Below, in pieces: positions 59,058 through 64,000 of a stretch of DNA of 64,000 bases. Below the pieces are notes generated by a model. It worked only from the letters and a program-made list of their open reading frames with translations. It was not told the DNA's origin and did not search any database. The DNA is taken from the NCBI GenBank assembly GCA_963749705.1, contig CAVVNQ010000003.1, forward strand, positions 448,001 to 512,000, given 5' to 3'. Position 1 is the first letter of the stretch. Each line of letters starts with the position of its first letter. A program made the translations under genes and the position numbers. The DNA is from an uncultured Chloroflexia bacterium (GTDB lineage Bacteria; Chloroflexota; Limnocylindria; Limnocylindrales; CSP1-4).

Positions 59058-59791
59058 TGGCGATCCGGGCGCGGGTCGATCGCCACAAGTGCATCGGCGC
59101 CGGCAACTGCATCACGCTCGCCCCGACCGCGTTCGACTGGCTCGCGGGCGACTACGGCAAGACCGACGTCGTGGGCGCCGACAGCGTGGACGAGGAGGTG
59201 CTTCGCGCGGCGGCGTTCTCGTGCCCCACGGCCGCGATCATCCTCGAGGACATCTCGGAGCTGCTGCCCTGGCAGCTGCGGGGCAAGGCCGGACCCGCCC
59301 GGCGAGTCCTGAAGACCTTCATGTTCACGGACATCGTGGGTTCGACGAACCTGGTCGAGGCGCTGGGCGACGAGGCGTGGGAGACGATGCTCCGATGGCA
59401 CAACACCGCGCTCCGGGAGGTGTTCTCGGCGCACGAGGGTGAGGAGATCTCGACCACCGGCGACGGGTTCTTCGTCAGCTTCGACTCCCCGGACCTCGCC
59501 GTGGCGGCGGCGGTCGCGATCCAGCGGCGGCTCGCGGAGCAGCGTTCCACGCAGGGCTTTGCGCCGCAGGTCCGGATCGGTCTCCACGCCACCGACGCGA
59601 CGCAGGTCGGCGGCGACTTCCACGGCAAGGGCGTCCACGAGGCTGCGCGGATCGCGGCGCTCGGGGGCGGGGGCGACATCGTGGCCAGCGCCACGACCGT
59701 CGGCGATGCCCAACGAACGTCCAACTCACGGAGCGCGACGCTCAAGGGCCTGACCGAGGCGATCGAGGTCGTCAACGTCGACTGGCGCTAG
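59057..59791 (+). CDS. Ferredoxin-class III adenylate/guanylate cyclase fusion
   Basis: N-terminal CIGAGNC...SCPTAAI; C-terminal FTDIVGST, TGDGFF, RIGLH, DFHGKGVHEAARI, LKG. Confidence 0.88.
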   Translation: MAIRARVDRHKCIGAGNCITLAPTAFDWLAGDYGKTDVVGADSVDEEVLRAAAFSCPTAAIILEDISELLPWQLRGKAGPARRVLKTFMFTDIVGSTNLVEALGDEAWETMLRWHNTALREVFSAHEGEEISTTGDGFFVSFDSPDLAVAAAVAIQRRLAEQRSTQGFAPQVRIGLHATDATQVGGDFHGKGVHEAARIAALGGGGDIVASATTVGDAQRTSNSRSATLKGLTEAIEVVNVDWR

Positions 59792-60312
59792 CGGCGGTCT
59801 CCGACCTCGCGCGTGACCACGATGCCGTCCTCGTCCGCGTAGAGCTCGGCCCCGGGCACGAAGGTGGCGCCGCCGAAGGTGACCGGTACGTCGACGGCTC
59901 CCGCGCCGGCCTTGGCGCTCCGCCTGGGGTTCGAGCCGAGCGCCCTGATCCCGATCGGCAGCCGGGCCAGCTCGGCGGTGTCGCGGACGCAGCCGTTGAT
60001 GACCACGCCCGCCCACCCGTGATCGACCGCCGATCTCGCGATGTTGTCGCCCATCAGCGCCGTCCGGAACGACGCGCCGCCGTCGACGACCAGCACCTGG
60101 CCGGCTCCGGGCGTCGAGAGCATCGTGCGCAGCAGGACGTTGTCCTCGAGGCAGCGGACCGTGCGGACGCGGCCGTTGAACCGGGTCCTGCCACCGAAGC
60201 CGCGGAGCTGGACCTCGCAGGAGGCGAGCTCGTCGGCGCGCTCGTCCATCAGGTCGGCGGTCGACCAGCTCGTCTCGATCCCTCGGGCTGCCCCGGTGCC
60301 TGATTCAGGCAT
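59788..60312 (-). CDS. rraA: RraA family protein (HMG aldolase/RNase E regulator)
   Basis: TADLMD, FGGRTRF.G, EDN, VLVVDGG, ALMGD, GCVRD, ADEDGIVV. Confidence 0.92.
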   Translation of the reverse strand: MPESGTGAARGIETSWSTADLMDERADELASCEVQLRGFGGRTRFNGRVRTVRCLEDNVLLRTMLSTPGAGQVLVVDGGASFRTALMGDNIARSAVDHGWAGVVINGCVRDTAELARLPIGIRALGSNPRRSAKAGAGAVDVPVTFGGATFVPGAELYADEDGIVVTREVGDRR

Positions 60313-60509
60313 CGCTCAGCGCTGACCGGACGGCCGGGATGACGCGGCTCCCGTACGCCTCGAGCTGCGCTTCCTCGTCACCGCTCATGAGGTAGAGGCT
60401 GAACTGGCCGACGCCGGCCTGGTGCAGCTCCGTGAGCCGGCGGACGTGGCGTGAGCGCGACCATGCGCTCGACGCTGGTCGAAGGCTTGAGCGTGAACCC
60501 GAAGTCCAT
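60305..60509 (-). pseudogene. LLM-class (F420-dependent, TIGR03842-like) oxidoreductase with large internal deletion
   Basis: N-terminus MDFGFTLKP..SVERMVALT joined out of frame to C-terminus HVRRLTELHQAGVGQFSLYLMSGDEEAQLEAYGSRVIP. Confidence 0.75.
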
Positions 60510-60539
60510 GACCGGCAGCCTACACGCTGAACCCGCGGG

Positions 60540-61232
60540 CTACTGCGTGACGAGCCGCCCGATGAGCACGCCCGCGAGCGCCGCTGCGCCGGCGATCGCC
60601 ATCGTCTGGAGCGCCGTCCGCCAGACGGGCTCGTGACCGACGAGGCCGCGGGCGATGCCCAGCAGCGCCATCAACCCGCCGGTCACGACCAGTGACACCA
60701 GCCGCGCGGTCTCGATGTCGAACAGCGCGAACGGCACCACCGGCACGCTCGCGGCGACGAGGTCGGCGATGAACATCCAGACCGCGTGGGTCCAGGGCGA
60801 TGCGCCGACCCGCCGGGGCACGCCCAGCTCGAACGCGGCCACATAGTCGAGGAGCGCCTCGGGGTGGCGATTGAACGATGCCGCGGTCTCGCGGGCCTCG
60901 GCCTCGCTGAACCCCGTGGCACGGAGCTGCGCGGCGACGCGCTCGGCCGCCGGCGACGGGTTGGCGGCGATGCGGGTCCGCGCGCGGTCGACGAGGGCGG
61001 CGGCGCGACTGCGCTCGGAATGCACGTCGAGGTAGGTGCCGGCCATCATCGAGACCGCACCCGCGATCGCCCCTGTCGCGCCGGCGAGGAGGACGATCTG
61101 GCCGTCGTTCGTGCTCGCCGCGACGCCGAACACCAGGCCCGCGACGGAGACCGCGCCGTCCTCCATCCCGAACGCGACGTCACCGATCGAGGACAGCAGC
61201 GACGCGCGGACGCGTTGAAGGATGGAACGCAC
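60540..61232 (-). CDS. VIT1/CCC1 family transporter
   Basis: VAFGMEDGAVS, AGAVSMMAGTYL, VPVVPF. Confidence 0.88.
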   Translation of the reverse strand: MRSILQRVRASLLSSIGDVAFGMEDGAVSVAGLVFGVAASTNDGQIVLLAGATGAIAGAVSMMAGTYLDVHSERSRAAALVDRARTRIAANPSPAAERVAAQLRATGFSEAEARETAASFNRHPEALLDYVAAFELGVPRRVGASPWTHAVWMFIADLVAASVPVVPFALFDIETARLVSLVVTGGLMALLGIARGLVGHEPVWRTALQTMAIAGAAALAGVLIGRLVTQ

Positions 61233-61289
61233 GAGCGAGATGGCCTCCCTGTTGGCTGACGGCCCAGTCTAGCGGGCCCGCCTCGAGCC

Positions 61290-62177
61290 TCAGCCGACGT
61301 CCAGCTCGATCCCTGCCGCGCGGCAATCGTCCGCGAACGCGGCCTGCGCGTCGGCGGTCGGATCCCAGCGGGTGGGGAAGCACACGATCCGATCCAGGCC
61401 GGTGTCGCGGTATTCACCGAGCGCATCGACCCGAGCCTGCCCGCCGTCGCGCATCTCCTCGTCGCTCGCATAGAGCGAGAACCGGAGGGTCGCGGGATCG
61501 CGGCCCTGGGCCTCGCACGTTGCCCGCACCTCATCGATCCGGACCCGGATCTCGGGCGCGTCCAGGAACACGAAGTTGAGCTCGTCGGCGAACCTCACGG
61601 CCAGCCCCGCGGTCGTGCGCCGGCCGTTGCCGCCCACGATCAGCGGGATGTGGGGCTGGATCCCCTTGGGCACGTTGATCGCCCCGGCCACCTGCGCGTG
61701 CTCGCCTGCGAACGTGGCCCGCCCGGGTGCGAGCATGCGGGTGATGATCTCGAGGTGGTCGGACAGCTGCGCCAGGCGTTCGGCGATGGGCGGGAAGCCG
61801 TACCCGTAGGCCAGCCACTCCTCCTCCTTCCAGCCGGCTCCGATCCCGAGCTCGAAGCGGCCTCCCGAGATGACATCGATCGTCGAGGTGAGCTTCGCCG
61901 TCAAGCCCGGGTTGCGGAACCCGGTGCACACCACCATGTGGCCCAGCCGCACGCGCCTCGTTGCCATCGCCAGCGCGGCCAGCGTCGTGAACGACTCGAA
62001 CGTGATCTCGTCGGTCGGATCGGGCACCGTGTGGAAGTGGTCGAACACCCACAGCGACTCGAACCCCAGCCCTTCGGCGTGCACCGCGAGCTCGAGGGTG
62101 CGGGCCCAGGCGGCCCCGGCGTCCCAGCCGTCATATTCGCCCTTCCAGCCCTGGGGCGCCATCAGCCCGACCTTCAT
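61290..62177 (-). CDS. LLM-class F420-dependent oxidoreductase (TIGR03560-like)
   Basis: PQGW, FESLWVFDHFH, RNPGLTAK..TIDVISGGR..LGIGAGW, VGGNG. Confidence 0.9.
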   Translation of the reverse strand: MKVGLMAPQGWKGEYDGWDAGAAWARTLELAVHAEGLGFESLWVFDHFHTVPDPTDEITFESFTTLAALAMATRRVRLGHMVVCTGFRNPGLTAKLTSTIDVISGGRFELGIGAGWKEEEWLAYGYGFPPIAERLAQLSDHLEIITRMLAPGRATFAGEHAQVAGAINVPKGIQPHIPLIVGGNGRRTTAGLAVRFADELNFVFLDAPEIRVRIDEVRATCEAQGRDPATLRFSLYASDEEMRDGGQARVDALGEYRDTGLDRIVCFPTRWDPTADAQAAFADDCRAAGIELDVG

Positions 62178-62317
62178 CGCCTCTCCCGGTTCCTGCGCCT
62201 CGATGGATCACCCACGAAGGTACCCCCGACCTGCGATGTTGCGCCGCCGACCGGTTCTGCCGGTCCCTCCCGCGCGAGCACGCGCCATGGTCCGGAGCGC
62301 GGGGGTACAGTCGGACG

Positions 62318-63508
62318 GTGCCCCCGGTAGACGCGCGCCGCGCCCTCATCCTCATCTGCGCCTTCGCGGTCGCGGTGTCGACGAGCTACACCAACCACGG
62401 CCCCGTTCTGGGGCTGATCAGCGGCGAGTTCGCGCTCGACGCGGCGAGCGCGGGTGCGATCGCGACGTCCTTCTTCCTCGGTGCGGCGACGCTGATGCTG
62501 TTCGGGGGCGCCGTCGCGGATCGCTTTGGATCGCGTCCGGCGGTGACCGCCGGGTTCCTCGTCGCGTGCCTTGCCACGCTCGGCTGCGGGCTGCTGTCAC
62601 CCGGCTACGGCGACCTGCTGGTGTGGCGCTTCGTGGGCGGCCTCGGTGGCGGCTTTGCCTTTGCCGCCGGCGCCGCCTACACCCGGGGCGTGTTCGCCGG
62701 CCGGGGCCAGCACCTCGCCCAGGGCCTGTACGGCGCCTCGTTCCTCGCGGGATCGGCGAGCACGCTCATCTACATGCCCATCCTGGCCGGCGGGGACGGC
62801 GACTGGCGACGTGCCTACCTCGTCTCCGGGCTGGCCGTGCTCGGGTTGTGGATCGCCTGGTGGCGCCTCGCGCCCGCCGGACCGCGCCCGGTCGGGTCGC
62901 CGGGCGGTCTCGGCCTCGGCGCGGCCGTCCGGGCCCGAAACGCGTGGCTGCTCGCGATCTGCCACATGTGCGGGTTCGGCCTGGCCATGGTCCTCGGAAC
63001 CTGGGTGGTCACGTACGTGACGAGCGCGTTCGGCCTGTCCCTCGTCGTCGGCGGCGCGCTGGGCTCGCTGGTCCTCGTCACCGGGATCGCCGCGCGATCG
63101 GGTGGTGGCCTGATCCTCGAGCGCGGCCTGCCGCCGGTCCACCTGATCCGGATCGGGCTCGCGCTCGCCGCGGGCGGGCTGGCCACGATGGCCCTCGCCG
63201 GCGACCTTGCGCTCGCGATCGTGGGGCTGCTCGCGACCGGGATCGGTGTCGGCCTGCCCTATGCGGCCGTGTTCAACGGCGCCGCCGCGAGCGTGCCGTC
63301 GAGCCCGGCATCGGCCCAGGGGTTCGTTGGCTGGGGCGGCGTGATGACCGCGGTCGTCGGGCCGCCGCTGGTGGGCCGGCTGCTCGACCTCACCGGCGGG
63401 TTCTCGAGCGGGTTCCTGGTGATCGCGGCATTCGCCGCCCTCGTCCTGGTCTCGACGCTCGCGCTCCAGCCGTTCTCGTTCGCGGCCGACGCCACGGCGG
63501 CATCGTGA
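62318..63508 (+). CDS. MFS transporter
   Basis: Motif A GAVADRFGSR, WRFVGGLG, about 12 TMs. Confidence 0.9.
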   Translation: MPPVDARRALILICAFAVAVSTSYTNHGPVLGLISGEFALDAASAGAIATSFFLGAATLMLFGGAVADRFGSRPAVTAGFLVACLATLGCGLLSPGYGDLLVWRFVGGLGGGFAFAAGAAYTRGVFAGRGQHLAQGLYGASFLAGSASTLIYMPILAGGDGDWRRAYLVSGLAVLGLWIAWWRLAPAGPRPVGSPGGLGLGAAVRARNAWLLAICHMCGFGLAMVLGTWVVTYVTSAFGLSLVVGGALGSLVLVTGIAARSGGGLILERGLPPVHLIRIGLALAAGGLATMALAGDLALAIVGLLATGIGVGLPYAAVFNGAAASVPSSPASAQGFVGWGGVMTAVVGPPLVGRLLDLTGGFSSGFLVIAAFAALVLVSTLALQPFSFAADATAAS

Positions 63509-63705
63509 TGACCGCCCATCCCGGTTGGCCCGCCCGGCTCGCGACGGGACCCGTCGTGCTGCGCGCGCCGCGATCGGGCGACGGAGCGGCCTGGAGCGAG
63601 ATCCGGCTGCCGAACGAAACCTGGCTGCGGCGGTGGCAGCCGACGACCGACGAGCCGTGGACGAAGCAGAGCGCGCCGGACATGTGGCCCCCGTTGCGCG
63701 GCTCG
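63508..63705 (+). pseudogene. N-terminal fragment of a RimJ-like GNAT acetyltransferase
   Basis: MTAHPGWPARL..GPVVLRAPR..DGAAWSEIRL.NETWLRRWQPT; similarity stops after about 65 aa. Confidence 0.6.
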
Positions 63706-63783
63706 GCTGACGAGGCCGTCGATCGCCGGACGCCAGCCGGGCTGAACGCGCCGTCGCCATTCGCCGGGGCCTGCGGGCGCCCG

Positions 63784-64000
63784 TCAGGCTGGATCCGGCT
63801 GCCCGGACCCGCGCACCAGGCTGGCGACGATCCCGATCCCGCACACGCCGGCTGCAACCACGAACGCGTCGTGGATCGCCCCGCCGAGCGCCGCCCGCTG
63901 GAGGGCGCCCCCGGATGCGCTCCCCGCCATGTCCGCCAGGTGGACGGGCAGCCGCGTCGCGACGATCGCGGCGCTCAGCGCGATCCCAAGGGCCTGGCCC
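63784..64000 (-). CDS. C-terminal end of a DHA2-type MFS transporter (5' end outside window)
   Basis: GQALGIALSAAIV...AIHDAFVVAAGVCGIGIVASLVRG then stop. Confidence 0.75.
   Translation of the reverse strand, partial: GQALGIALSAAIVATRLPVHLADMAGSASGGALQRAALGGAIHDAFVVAAGVCGIGIVASLVRGSGQPDPA

Overview
High-GC (roughly 70% by eye) bacterial chromosomal segment with about 55 genes and no intact rRNA, tRNA, CRISPR array, transposase or integrase. The gene content (F420-type LLM enzymes, many LuxR/STAND regulators, CW_binding_2 repeats, apparent leaderless starts) suggests a monoderm soil or freshwater bacterium such as Chloroflexota (Limnocylindria-like) or Actinomycetota; this is inference. From left to right: a tRNA-Pro 3' fragment plus terminator (probable att scar); a LuxR/hydrolase/methyltransferase cluster; a collagen-like secreted protein; an ANT(9)/AadA-like aminoglycoside nucleotidyltransferase; a DUF2652-SRPBCC protein; ABC transporters; TetR-controlled tandem MDR oxidoreductases; hppD-FAH-hmgA-P450; metal transporters; a 10.5-kb enolase/FAD-FeS oxidase/DUF296/ThDP enzyme/GDE/VKOR/SDR operon; an NdvB-like GT2 and a GT39; an amidase; a PQQ sugar dehydrogenase with three near-identical CW_binding_2 repeats; an orphan eCIS-effector-like DUF922 protease; an AlkZ-like glycosylase; and a STAND-LuxR regulator translationally coupled to a ferredoxin-class III nucleotidyl cyclase fusion, which is the best candidate for a novel system. 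About nine single-base +1 frameshifts look like sequencing errors, whereas several deletion scars (TetR without HTH, internally deleted LLM gene, truncated RimJ) may be real. All family calls come from motif recognition by eye, not database searches.
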